NCBI GenBank assembly: GCA_004764695.1
Contig: SMSO01000006.1
Span: 1,441,859-1,505,858, forward strand
Length of the DNA: 64,000 bases
Source of the DNA: Schizochytrium sp. TIO01
Lineage: Eukaryota; Protista; Bigyra: Labyrinthulomycetes
Direction: 5' to 3'
Below, piece after piece: positions 21,578-32,421 of this stretch (position 1 is the stretch's first letter; every line of letters begins with the position of its first letter). The notes under the pieces were generated by a model, which had not been told where the DNA came from, made no database searches, and saw nothing but the letters and a program-made list of their open reading frames with translations. Made by a program: the position numbers and the translations under genes.

Positions 21578-24500
21578 TCAAGGGGCCATTCCATAAACAA
21601 GCTCAAGACGAATCATTTCTAGTGGCATACTGTAGTCCATGTCACCATCGTCATATTGAATGTCAAATGTTCCATCCATATTGACATCAGCAATAACACC
21701 GGCATACCATGGGTTATAAGACTTTCCTTGATAACGACACTGAATTCGCGTCCCAGCGACAAATGTATCATATGGGTCGGTTTCCTTAACTTGCAGCTCT
21801 TCGGGAAGCTCGTTATCATCATCATCGTCGTCATCACCATCCTCCATAGTGCTATCCTTATCCTCATCGCTCTTTGCAGAGTCCTCCTCATCTGAATCCT
21901 GATTTCCAGAAAGTCTAGAATGGCTTGAACCTACGCCAGACACAGACGCCATGTGAGCTTCAAGGTCCTCCTCTTGATTGCTAGCTCTTCGTTTACTGCT
22001 AAGACTATATCGATGTGGTGCAAATTCATCATCATCATCGCATGTGATACAGGACCGTGATTCGTCAGGTCCTTGCATAGCGGCAGCCAACGCGAGTCTA
22101 TGATCCTCTTCGTCTGGGAGACGAAGATGTCTTTCCGGGACTTTTGTTGCAAAGTGTGTGGGCAATCGGATTCTAACAGCACCGGCGCATCCAGGTTCCA
22201 CAGTTGTTTTTGTAGCACAGCCACCATACCCTGCAAAGCGACCCACTGCATCCCAATCGCCAAGACCAGTACTTGCAGGGATATCCACTTCTTTTCCTCC
22301 AGGTTCATGAGCTACACCACAGACTACACGATGACGTTTGGTAACTTCCCGATTCACAAAGCAACTGCCCCCGCCACCGCCACCAACAACACCAGGAGTA
22401 AATCCTCCGCCTCCACCTCCAAATAGGCCTCCGCCTCCACCTCCTCCAAATTGAGCCCCACTACCCCCTTGATAGGCCTTACCATTCTGGGCAGGGAGCA
22501 CATCTTCTGGAGCTTCTCCGGCCAGCCCACCTTTCGTCTGTGTACCCGGAGCACCAAGACGGCGAATTCCATCGAAGTCAACAGGGTCTGATTTTTCATC
22601 TCCGCCAGGGTTTCCGTTGCGTGTGCCTGCTCCACCTCCACCTCCAGCCAGCAGGAGAAGTTCTTCTCCGAAGGCACCTTGACGTAGAACAGCAGAGTAT
22701 CCACCACCACCTCCACAAGCGAAGGTATAATTATTGGAAATCCCATCGCCCCCTCCGGGAAAACCACCTTTCGCTACCCGTTGAAAGTCGTCTTCAGGGT
22801 AGAAATCATGTGGTTGTTCGTCATCGCGAGTTTCCCCACCAGAGCCAACAACAATTATTAGTTCTTCCTTTGGATACACAGACACTTCTGCTTCGACAAA
22901 GGCGCCACCTCCTCCATTACCTCCACGTCTGCCTTTCAGGATTCCTGCACCTCCACCACCGCCCCACATGTGGATCAAAAGAGATCTACACTTGCGTGGC
23001 ACACGCCACTTGTAAGAGCCTGCGGTTGTCCAAGAGGTTATACCTAGATTATGAAGATGATCCTGGCGATGCATAGGGAGTTCGCGTGCCTCCATCTCGG
23101 CCATACATCCAAGCCAGTCACATCTTACTTGACGCAGAGCGCATTCATGAAGCTCATGCTGACGTGCTTCCCATCGCATATGGTCTTGATCTTCAAGACC
23201 ACCTGAAATTTTCCAGCCACAATTAAATTTACAAGGCAATGCTGGCACAGGCCGCTTCACGCAATCTTTCTCTAGATGGCCCTCCATCAAGTCGAAGCGA
23301 ATCATTTCACCACAACGATTGTCGCATGGGACCATTCGCTTGGGGCACTCCATAGTCTCATGTACCTTTCTCGCCAAGTCCCACTCTTCTGCTCGCAAGA
23401 CAAGGCCACAGCCAAGATTACAAGCAAGCTGTCGACGACGACAAAGTTCGGAACGATGGTATTCTATTTCTGCAGGCTCGATCCAATCTTTACAGCCCCA
23501 ATCACAAAGCACATATCCATCAGCCATACGTTCCTCTGCTGCTTGGATCATTAGCATCATTCGTTGTAAGGTATTGCCTAAAGCAAATCCAGCTTGAGCT
23601 TTTAAAGCCTCTGTGGCGCTTCCTACAGATGATCGACGTCGCTCTGTAATGCTAGAACGTCGGCGACCATTGCCTGCCAAAGTGTTGGTGGTTTCCTCAG
23701 CTGCTTGGAAGGAGGACCGTCTTCGTCCTTCACGTGGACGGCGGTGAGATTGATGTGATTTCGCATCTATTAGAGCACCAGAACTTGGATCACTACTTGA
23801 ATTCGAGGAAAGCTCTGTGCTTTTCTCAGCAAACGGTGGGGGGACACGACTGTATGCGAATGTTCGCTTGTTTTTTAAATCTTGCCCTACATAATAGCAA
23901 ATGCAAACAATGTTTTTTCCATCTCTAAAATTGTCTACTTCTTCACTCCACACAATACCAGTTACTTCATCCTTGGCTTGGCGAGTAACTTGTAGACGCT
24001 TCCGTGCACGACCACCCTCACGAGCACGTAGCGCGTCATACAGAAATGAGGCTTGGTCCATTTCCATAACTTCCATGGGTCGTTTCCAAGATCCAGTTAG
24101 AGTTTTCTTGTTCCAGTAAAATATATTGAGCGTCATAAAGTCCTTGCACTCCTCCCACTCGTTAAAAGAACGGCGTATCTCACTGCTCACATGTAGTGCT
24201 TGCCAGTCTTCCTGAATAGACTCAGGCGATAAATTGATTGCATCAACATAATCAGACCATTCTAAGGGACGCTCAAATTGGCAATTTCCTGTTTTCTCAT
24301 GCACATAGTACACTTGACGACTTTCATCATTGTAACGCCATTTTTGCCAAAAACCAAGCTTTGTTATTTCACTTGACCCTTCCTTATTATGCTCTGGAGC
24401 TTTAAGATCCATCTTCTCAGGCCGCTCCCATTGTGACTCGCCACTTTCAAAATCATGATAGAATATCTGGCCTGACTCTTCATGCATATAGACATCCCAA

Positions 24501-27025
24501 TGCTGATAAGTATGAATACGTTTAGAGCGTCTCTTGAGCTGGGCCCAGCCATGCAAAACATGATCGCATTCTAGAACACAGGAAGGTTTAGACCACTGAC
24601 ATTGACCGTTTGAATTGCAATAGAACAAGCTCTTCGTTCTTTCGTGAACCATCTCAGCGTAGTCATCGATCTGTCTTAGTCGCGAAGACTCACTGAGCAC
24701 TGCTCTCCAGTGTGTTATAACTTCACGTGAATTTGTCAATGCTTTAAAGAGCTTATCGTTAACCAAAGGTTCAAGATCAACCTCCATTGTTTTCCCTTCG
24801 CGTTCTCGTTCGGCCTTGGCCTCTTCTACAGCATGAAGGAAAAAACCGCCGAACGACTTCAACTTCATTTCTAGAATTTCCATTACAGTACGACCATTTT
24901 TATCGCGAAGACCAATCTCTGCACCATGCTCATTGATTAATGCAGTGCCAATGAGAATATGATTCTCGGAAAGTTCACCTTGAGATGGGTCTACAGTACA
25001 TATTAAGGGTGTTCGCCCCACAGAATTTTTCAAATTAATCCAGCCTCCATACATACAACGCGCCAAAATGTACTCAAACTCTTCGAATTCTAAGAAGTCC
25101 CGGTCAGGATGAAAGTCGAATCGATTCATTGCTGCGTATATCAGACTGGTATCAGGCGGATATAGTTGAAAGCCGCTTTTGGGGTCCAACTCTTCTACAA
25201 ATTCAATAATATTATCAACAGAGTCCTCTTGATTGATAGGATCATTGTTTGCCTTTTTCTGTAGTGAGGCGCTTGTTTTTGCAATTGGCTGAAATGTGGC
25301 GCCTTTAGCTCGCAATGTAAATTCTTTTAACGCTGCGACCATCCACACTTTCTTAAATCTGGGTGTTAGAAATCGCGAAAGTCTTGCCTCAATCATCGAA
25401 TCGTGCGTATGTTTGGCTGCCGCACGAAATGATTCCCCACGAGATAGGCCGTCCCTTCCACTTACAACTCTTCTCATGCGCTCGCTATACCAATCTAGAA
25501 GAAAGTTAGACAAATCCTTGTGGCCATGTCCACAAGCCACATGCAAGGGGGTGTCTCCATACTGATCTGGAGATACTGCGTCTGCTCCTCGAGAAATTAA
25601 CAATTTGAGAATGTCAACAGATCCAGTTTGAGCTGCCGTATGCGTACAGCGCCGGCCGTATTTGTCGCGTCGATTGATTTCTGCACCTTGATCCAATAGA
25701 TATATCACTGCCTCCTGCTGTTTGTGCTTAATAGCTAATGTCAAAGCAGTTGTTTCATGCCCGACGATTAGTTTGGGTAAATCCACTTCCTGTCCAGCGG
25801 CCATATAGCGCCTCAATTCTTTAAGAAACCCTTCAGAGGCACAGGTCCAAAAGTCCATCGATTGCGGACGAACATTATCACTATAGGCCCCGCCTTTATC
25901 TTGACGAAGTAAATTTGCCAGCAATGGATTGCGCTTTGGTCGAAACCCATTTTCGACAAGAATCGCCAAAATAACTTTACCATGTACACCTCTTTTCATG
26001 TGGCCTTGGACCCAATGGATCCATTCCGGCGGAAGTTCGCGACCTTCTGCTGCAGGCCACAGGCCTGGGTCTTCGTGTTGCATTCGTAACATTGAGACTC
26101 GCAATGAGAGTTTTTGCATAAATAAGGTGTTTTTGCAAGGATAAAACCCCTTGACTGTCAGTTTCTGTAGCAGTTCAATTTCGTCAACGCCACGATCGAT
26201 ATTATCTGCAAACCATTTCAACCAGTTTCCCGGTATTTCACCGGGTGCAAAGTCGATTCCAGGGATATGCTCTCGTAAAGTCGCAATAGCTTTTGTTGCT
26301 GCATTGAACTTTGCTGTGCGCGTATTACAGCCGATACCCTCGTATGCACGCGTCTCTTCTGACCTAATAATCTTGCCATCCTCTCCACTCTCTAAGAATT
26401 GGCCTGAAATCTGAGCGACCATAATAAATTGGGTCGCATGCATAGATGTCGGCTCTCTAACCTCTAGCAACTTATATTGTAGACGAAGTTTTCTTCGTGC
26501 ACATTCCCGTTCAAGCATAACAAGAGGAGTTTCATTCAATCCTTGAAATAACTTTGTGAGCTGGTTAGCTTTACCATCTTCCTTTCGATAGCGAGCTAAT
26601 AAATGCAAGAACTCTGGGAATTCAATGGCTCCATTATGGTCCTCATCAAACTCATCAATGAGGTCTTCGAGTTCGTCCTGAGAAACTTCCTCTCCCATTT
26701 TTTTAAAAGCCTGTTGTAGTTCTTCGACATCAATGGAGCCACTCTCATCAGCGTCAAGCTCTTCAAAAAGTAGCTTCATCTGTTCAATTTCGGCTGGTGT
26801 AAAAGAAGCCTCGAGCTCTACAGGTACCTGAAACTGTAATTTCTCTAGCTCGTTTGCCTCATTTAATAAGGCTTCCTCTTGAGTGCTGAGCTGACCTCCG
26901 CCACCAATGTCATCTTGTTTGCCTTCATCGCTTTCTTTACGAGTTTTTGTCTCAGCTGTGCTTCTTCTTTCTGAAAGGGTCTCAACTCGACCCGTGTCAT
27001 CAGGATCTTGAACTTCTGCCTCCAT
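21578..27025 (-). CDS. 1815-aa multidomain protein: EF-hands, dsRBD-like, ankyrin repeats, WW domains, TRAF-type zinc fingers, glycine-rich domain, C-terminal Tudor/Agenet-like domain
   Basis: DADESGSIDVEEL and DEDHNGAIEFPEF (EF); GDTPLHVACGHGH (ANK); repeated W...YY...TG..QWERP (WW); C..GC...H...C.R.V.C (TRAF Zn); WGGGGGAG...IVVGSGG (Gly-rich); WYAGVIADVNMDGTFDIQYDDGD (Tudor). Confidence 0.93.
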   Translation of the reverse strand: MEAEVQDPDDTGRVETLSERRSTAETKTRKESDEGKQDDIGGGGQLSTQEEALLNEANELEKLQFQVPVELEASFTPAEIEQMKLLFEELDADESGSIDVEELQQAFKKMGEEVSQDELEDLIDEFDEDHNGAIEFPEFLHLLARYRKEDGKANQLTKLFQGLNETPLVMLERECARRKLRLQYKLLEVREPTSMHATQFIMVAQISGQFLESGEDGKIIRSEETRAYEGIGCNTRTAKFNAATKAIATLREHIPGIDFAPGEIPGNWLKWFADNIDRGVDEIELLQKLTVKGFYPCKNTLFMQKLSLRVSMLRMQHEDPGLWPAAEGRELPPEWIHWVQGHMKRGVHGKVILAILVENGFRPKRNPLLANLLRQDKGGAYSDNVRPQSMDFWTCASEGFLKELRRYMAAGQEVDLPKLIVGHETTALTLAIKHKQQEAVIYLLDQGAEINRRDKYGRRCTHTAAQTGSVDILKLLISRGADAVSPDQYGDTPLHVACGHGHKDLSNFLLDWYSERMRRVVSGRDGLSRGESFRAAAKHTHDSMIEARLSRFLTPRFKKVWMVAALKEFTLRAKGATFQPIAKTSASLQKKANNDPINQEDSVDNIIEFVEELDPKSGFQLYPPDTSLIYAAMNRFDFHPDRDFLEFEEFEYILARCMYGGWINLKNSVGRTPLICTVDPSQGELSENHILIGTALINEHGAEIGLRDKNGRTVMEILEMKLKSFGGFFLHAVEEAKAEREREGKTMEVDLEPLVNDKLFKALTNSREVITHWRAVLSESSRLRQIDDYAEMVHERTKSLFYCNSNGQCQWSKPSCVLECDHVLHGWAQLKRRSKRIHTYQHWDVYMHEESGQIFYHDFESGESQWERPEKMDLKAPEHNKEGSSEITKLGFWQKWRYNDESRQVYYVHEKTGNCQFERPLEWSDYVDAINLSPESIQEDWQALHVSSEIRRSFNEWEECKDFMTLNIFYWNKKTLTGSWKRPMEVMEMDQASFLYDALRAREGGRARKRLQVTRQAKDEVTGIVWSEEVDNFRDGKNIVCICYYVGQDLKNKRTFAYSRVPPPFAEKSTELSSNSSSDPSSGALIDAKSHQSHRRPREGRRRSSFQAAEETTNTLAGNGRRRSSITERRRSSVGSATEALKAQAGFALGNTLQRMMLMIQAAEERMADGYVLCDWGCKDWIEPAEIEYHRSELCRRRQLACNLGCGLVLRAEEWDLARKVHETMECPKRMVPCDNRCGEMIRFDLMEGHLEKDCVKRPVPALPCKFNCGWKISGGLEDQDHMRWEARQHELHECALRQVRCDWLGCMAEMEARELPMHRQDHLHNLGITSWTTAGSYKWRVPRKCRSLLIHMWGGGGGAGILKGRRGGNGGGGAFVEAEVSVYPKEELIIVVGSGGETRDDEQPHDFYPEDDFQRVAKGGFPGGGDGISNNYTFACGGGGGYSAVLRQGAFGEELLLLAGGGGGAGTRNGNPGGDEKSDPVDFDGIRRLGAPGTQTKGGLAGEAPEDVLPAQNGKAYQGGSGAQFGGGGGGGLFGGGGGGFTPGVVGGGGGGSCFVNREVTKRHRVVCGVAHEPGGKEVDIPASTGLGDWDAVGRFAGYGGCATKTTVEPGCAGAVRIRLPTHFATKVPERHLRLPDEEDHRLALAAAMQGPDESRSCITCDDDDEFAPHRYSLSSKRRASNQEEDLEAHMASVSGVGSSHSRLSGNQDSDEEDSAKSDEDKDSTMEDGDDDDDDDNELPEELQVKETDPYDTFVAGTRIQCRYQGKSYNPWYAGVIADVNMDGTFDIQYDDGDMDYSMPLEMIRLELVYGMAP

Positions 27026-27400
27026 CGTTCCCCTCTACTCCTCTTTCACCTAGAAAGGAACGTTGCGGCCTCGCGCATACCAGCGGCAGAGCGGCGTTGC
27101 AAAAAGCTTCGCTTGTGATGTGTTGGGCTTTGGAGTTCCGAAAAAGCCATACTTAATCAGAAGTGGGAGATTAATTCATGAAACTTTGCTCTTAAAAAAA
27201 AAGGTTACTGCACAACGGTAAAACACTGTACAGAGGGGACGGATTGTTATAGTCCCGATAGTTCATATAATTCCCAGGCTGCGATGAATGGATTTGGGCT
27301 GTTTGTATGCAAGATAAAAGCCTAAAGGGTTATGACGAACATTAAAGAGAGTGGTTGAACGCAATAGTCGAACTTGATTTATGCGAATATATTATGGTTT

Positions 27401-29437
27401 CTAGAACGAGACATCCTGAAGATCGTCATCGTTGTAGGCGGAAGGGACCAGATCTTCATCGTCATCAGCTTCAAGACTCGGAATCCCGTCTGCATTCTCA
27501 GTTCTGTTTGACTTGTTGAGCTGCTGAGTTTGTTGTTGTTGTTGCTGCTGCTGCTGACGCATAATGAGATCGGCTTCTGTGGGCCCGGTGAAAAAATCAT
27601 CAGTGCGATCAATCACAGGAGAAGAGTTTTGCACGACAGAAGCAAAGGTCACTTCTGGCTCGAGTACAGAAACTTTGGCATCGCTATCATCATCAATCCC
27701 CAAGTTCAAATTGGCCAGCTGATCTTTTGCACGATGCATCGATGGATCCTCTGTGGATGATGTGCCTTCAAATGCACCTTCCTCGTCATCAGACTCTGCG
27801 TGGCTACCATTTGCAAACGTATTCACATAATTATCGGGAATACTTTCTTGAAAGACTTGTTGACTCGTGTTTGTTTCATATTGTTGTTGCTGCACAGGTG
27901 CTGATTGCATTATATTCTGTTGTGAGGACGGAGACTGTTGCTGCTCAACTTGCTGCTGCTGCGGTCTTTGAGATCGGCTCGATGTTGCCTGTTCAGCCTG
28001 GCCTGGGGTACTAGTGGAAGACCTTGCAAAAATGTCACTACTGCTTGCTTTAGTGCGTGGCTTTTGGGCTTGGCTGGGGGCAGCTGGTACACTAAGAAGC
28101 GAGCTGGTAGTCTGATTTTGCATCGTTGTCTGTGAAAGAGGCGGCTCAGCAGCAATGCTAGATACAGATTCTTTGTAGTCTGAGTCAGTAGGGTTAATTT
28201 CCGTCGCATCAGCAAACATATTTCTTCTTTCGTAAGGATCAACAGGCGGAGAAGAAGCAAAACCTGCTGTAGTCGATGTCACTGGTGGTGCTTGGTCGAC
28301 ATAACTAGTCTGACTAATACTAGCACCAGTTGCACCCGTGGCACCAAAGGAACCGGAATCTACATGATTTGGTGGTGCCTGGAGAACAGGAGCAAACGAA
28401 GTGCGAATATCACTGTTTGCTCCGCCAGCGTATGTGTAGCCCAAAAAGTGGACAATAAGAGGCTTGGGTGTATTCTTCAGACGGGGAACAATCTCTTCAT
28501 AGAGGGCATGGACGACGGAAACACCCCCAATTTTGCTAACGATATCACCAACACCTACAAGCCCCGATCTCTCAGCAACACCAGGTTGGCCATTTGCTGA
28601 ACGCTGGTAATCAACCACTTGAGCTTGAGGGAAAACCTCACGCATGGTAGATGGGTTGCGTGGAGAGGCCTGTGGGGGGCGCTTTTTGAGGCGCAGACCC
28701 AAGAATTGCCCTTCGGTGATGACTACGCTCACTTCACGCATTGACGGGTCGCCCATGCCCAGAAAGGCTTCCATGTCCGGGTTAACAGCTACACGAGGTA
28801 CCAACAACGTACGTCGCAGCCAATTTTCAAGTTCTTGCCGACGGGTTTCCAGGAAGTCAGCACGAAGATGGTCTTGAAGCAACTTGTTGTGACGTGGAGG
28901 ATGCTTGGGCACGCTAGAAAGCATGTGTGTCCCACGGAAAGCACTGCAAATTTGCGAATAAGCAAATCGAAAGTCACGGAAGCGTCGATGCACGGCAAAG
29001 TGCATCTCACGCTGACGACCCCGGTAGACACGTACAAGTCGAACCTTGAGCAGATACCACACCGTCTTTGTGCCATCAACGACAACCTCAGGGAGTTCTA
29101 CATTTAGATCAACGACATTTTCACTTTGATCCTGCAGCTTCTCATTGCTCTCAGGAATTTGGATTTGACCTTGGTCCTTCGTCGTCAAAAAACACATGTA
29201 TCGCGCTGATGTAGCCTGCGAAAAAAATGACTTGCTACCAGACTCAATAACAATACGCCCAACTTGCCCGGTTGGGAGCTGGAAAATCAACGTGCCCTTG
29301 GGCTGTTCTGTTCCAGCAACAGACAAGCTTGTGTCCTTCGTTACAGGGTTGTGTCTCAGTACAATCTTAACAGGGTCCATTTGACTCTCGCTCTCGCGAT
29401 ACTCCCAAATTCGCGTCACATCTGCTCCGAGGTTCAT
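27401..29437 (-). CDS. PX- and PDZ-domain protein (sorting-nexin-like) with FAIM-like N-terminus and disordered tail
   Basis: VHRRFRDF...PKHPPR...FLETRRQELENWL (PX); LGLRLK...AERSGLVGVGDIVSKIGG (PDZ); ATG at 29437 in ACCACCATG context. Confidence 0.9.
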   Translation of the reverse strand: MNLGADVTRIWEYRESESQMDPVKIVLRHNPVTKDTSLSVAGTEQPKGTLIFQLPTGQVGRIVIESGSKSFFSQATSARYMCFLTTKDQGQIQIPESNEKLQDQSENVVDLNVELPEVVVDGTKTVWYLLKVRLVRVYRGRQREMHFAVHRRFRDFRFAYSQICSAFRGTHMLSSVPKHPPRHNKLLQDHLRADFLETRRQELENWLRRTLLVPRVAVNPDMEAFLGMGDPSMREVSVVITEGQFLGLRLKKRPPQASPRNPSTMREVFPQAQVVDYQRSANGQPGVAERSGLVGVGDIVSKIGGVSVVHALYEEIVPRLKNTPKPLIVHFLGYTYAGGANSDIRTSFAPVLQAPPNHVDSGSFGATGATGASISQTSYVDQAPPVTSTTAGFASSPPVDPYERRNMFADATEINPTDSDYKESVSSIAAEPPLSQTTMQNQTTSSLLSVPAAPSQAQKPRTKASSSDIFARSSTSTPGQAEQATSSRSQRPQQQQVEQQQSPSSQQNIMQSAPVQQQQYETNTSQQVFQESIPDNYVNTFANGSHAESDDEEGAFEGTSSTEDPSMHRAKDQLANLNLGIDDDSDAKVSVLEPEVTFASVVQNSSPVIDRTDDFFTGPTEADLIMRQQQQQQQQQTQQLNKSNRTENADGIPSLEADDDEDLVPSAYNDDDLQDVSF

Positions 29438-30639
29438 GGTGGTGACAACCAACGCGGAGACTTTGAGAAGCGCTCACTCCACAACTGGAGCAACCTCTAA
29501 TGTGAAATTGCCTGTACCAAAGAACTAAAAACCCAGATTATTCTCAGAGAATAATAGGAAGCTTGTACACGGAACCTTGGTGCCTCAGCAGAGACCCAAT
29601 TCAGTATTTTCAAGCTGCTGTTGCTGTTGCTGCTGCTGCTGCTACTGCTTTTACAGCTATCGTTTCTGCTTTCGCCGACAGAGGTCAGGACCCCGATCGT
29701 AGCTTCAGTGTGTGAACAATGCTGGCTATATACCCTTTAACCAATTCACAAAGGACTTCACAGACGCCGTCACCCTCTCAACGCTTTCTGTAGCGCAAGA
29801 GCATTGAAAGCGAAGCAGCTTGGTGATTGTTTTCCATTCAGCATCCAGGATCGATTGACCTCCCAAGAAAGAACAAGAAAGCGGAAAGAAACAGCATTGA
29901 AAATCCTGAGGAAAGTTTACCGGAATTCCGAGATATCATACGAAGATCCGGAAGTAAGTTACGGAATTCCGGGAATATTTCCGAAGTACAGTCTCACGCG
30001 TCGGACAGAAGAACATGGGATTTGTTTGTGGTTGAATGATGGGTCATCTATACATGCGTAGTAAGTAGTCAGTCTGCATAATAGATAGAACTCTTTCAAA
30101 CGGGTAGACCTGCCTGTAATAATGAAACTCAAGGCGTGTCTCTAAGAAGTTTACATTAAAGTCTCCTGAAAACTGACCTTCTCTCAATCGCGTACGGATC
30201 TTGTTTTTTACTGTCATGTTTTTTGAAACCTTTCTACACTTTGCACGGTGTCTTTTATTCCTACACTTAACGCAGAAGTTGAATTGGGTGAAAAAAAAAA
30301 TGCGGTAGTGACCAACCTGACACTCAATGCATGGTTCATGTGTCAGTCGGTATTATTTCCTTAGGAAGGATCGCATTTTTTACTCGTGCCTGGGTTATAC
30401 AGATCTTTTTTGGCAATTCTGACCTGCTCCTTCTCACAGGGCACATGCAATTCTTCTGAGGGTGGGTTCTTACAGTAGTGTTCAAGTAGTGCTGGGTGAA
30501 GTCAAGGAGCGTCATGAAGTATGGCATTGTAGGTTTGGTATTTGCTGTCGCCAAACAAACCGCCACAAATCATCACAAACTTTTCAACGGAAAATGCGAA
30601 CTTGCCATAAATGGTTGAGTACACTTATTATTTTCTTAA

Positions 30640-30960
30640 TTTATTAAGAAAAAAAAAGGATATTTAGCCTTACTTAACTCGCTTGATTTGATCATCAAAT
30701 TGCAACAAAACTGTCTATCCCATAAAGGACAACATTCTATTAATATATGATTCTCCTTGAAGGTCATCCAACTTCGATCGAAATTGTTCCAAGCGTTTCT
30801 TGAGTTCCTCAATGTCACGATCATGTTATTGAATCAATGTCTCGACTTGAAAATTACATCCCAAAAGGACTTGGTAACGGGCTCAGGCGAGGTCGGACGC
30901 GAGGCCACAGGCGCCACCACGAAGCGTTCTTGGCGTTCTAACTTGTTGGGTTTAGACATG
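30640..30960 (-). pseudogene. Small decayed coiled-coil ORF
   Basis: MSKPNKLERQERF... then, after a frameshift, ETLIQ*HDRDIEELKKRLEQFRSKLDDLQ...; flanked by A/T-rich spacers. Confidence 0.5.
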
Positions 30961-31188
30961 ATTGTTTTTTTGTTTCTAATTAATCATTCCTTGCTTTTAA
31001 TATATGATTCGAATATAGAGGACCAACTAGTAGATTTAGCGCGTGCACGCCATATACAAAATACTATAACCTCTAGGGATGATTAACCCAATACTCTTTG
31101 GTTTAAAAAAGGAGCATGCAAGGACGCAAGCAAAAGCAGGGATTGGTGAAGCAAACCCTTAAAGAGAGAGCCTACGGGCTTGTTGATC

Positions 31189-32350
31189 ATGGCGGCAGCT
31201 ATGAGCGAATGTGATCAGGCTTGCCAACGCCTCATCAATTTACTACCTGATGATATCGTCTCTGAAAATTATGAAGATTGCATTAACGCTTTCGAAGCTG
31301 ACGAAAAGCTGAAGGGTCAATTGACGCCTAAGCATTGTAGAGCAATATATCGAGCAATCAGAGACTATATTGATCAATCACCGGACATGGATAGATTAGA
31401 GAAGCGTTTGGCTCAGATGGTAGCTGGCTCATTTATGGATCGTTCGGAGTTGCGAATCCCTGCTAGCTACATGATCTCGAAGCGCATATACAAAACTATT
31501 CACAAGACGGGTAGAGCAGGTCAAAGTAGTACGATTATGGCTCCCGGACGTGCCGTACCTGTTCAAGTATTGCACTGGATGCATTTTAAAAATGACATCC
31601 GTCACGACATTACCATGACCATGTTAAAATTAAGCAGAATTACTTTTTCGAAAGATCTCAGTAAGTTCTCAGTTGCTGAGTTCGAGGTAAACATTGATAA
31701 GCCAGCTACGCGTGGCTTTTTCAGCTGTCATAGTGGCTTGACGCCGTTTTTAACGTCCGTTTTATCAAAAATTTTGGGCAACAAAAGCTTCGTTGTTAAA
31801 ATGAATGAGGCATCCACTCTTCTTTTAAAGGTTGATTTTTTTGTGGAAATGACCGGAGATGTGCTACTCCCGATTGAGGTTAAGGCTCCTAACTCGCTTC
31901 AATCTGGATATCATTCACGTTCTCATAATGATAGTAGTGGGAATTTGATCAGGGATACTATGCAGAAAATTATGACCCATTTGCTTCCGCGTTACCTGGC
32001 AGAGTCCCCACCAACAATCTTACTGATAAACAGAATAGTCAATCAAACATGAAAGAGGGGGTGGGGGTTATGAAGTCACTGCTTTAATAACTCATGCAGG
32101 ACCTGACAACGAAGGAGGTGGCTGGCTACACTTTGGACAAACCTAGCCAATGTTCAACTGAGTCACCCAACAGGTTGTATAAGTTGCGCTTGCAACCTGG
32201 TGCGCAGGGGGACTAATTTCTCCACATGTCCTTAGCCTCTGCCCAGGGACAAGTGGTCCGTGTGCGTGAGGAAACTTCGACCTATCTTTCAGAAACAGAA
32301 AACCTCGACAAGGCTAACAAGAGTCTGAGACCCTCGAAAGCCTACTTTAA
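31189..32350 (+). pseudogene. PD-(D/E)xK restriction-endonuclease-fold protein resembling Crinkler/RHS-type effectors, degraded after about 31950
   Basis: Intact ORF to 32052 with KVDFFV...LLPIEVK and P.QV.HW.HF motifs and a small helical N-terminal header; protein-like text continues past frameshifts and stops. Confidence 0.55.
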
Positions 32351-32421
32351 TTTTTTAATTATAATAATCATAACAACAACATTTTTTTGTTTACATTTTA
32401 TTTACAAAAGCACGCTCAAAA

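Noticed and set aside
29915-29990. CGGAATTCCG palindromes (also at about 6355-6369) resembling a heat-shock element
   Set aside because: Spacing does not fit nGAAnnTTCn well; too short to support a call.
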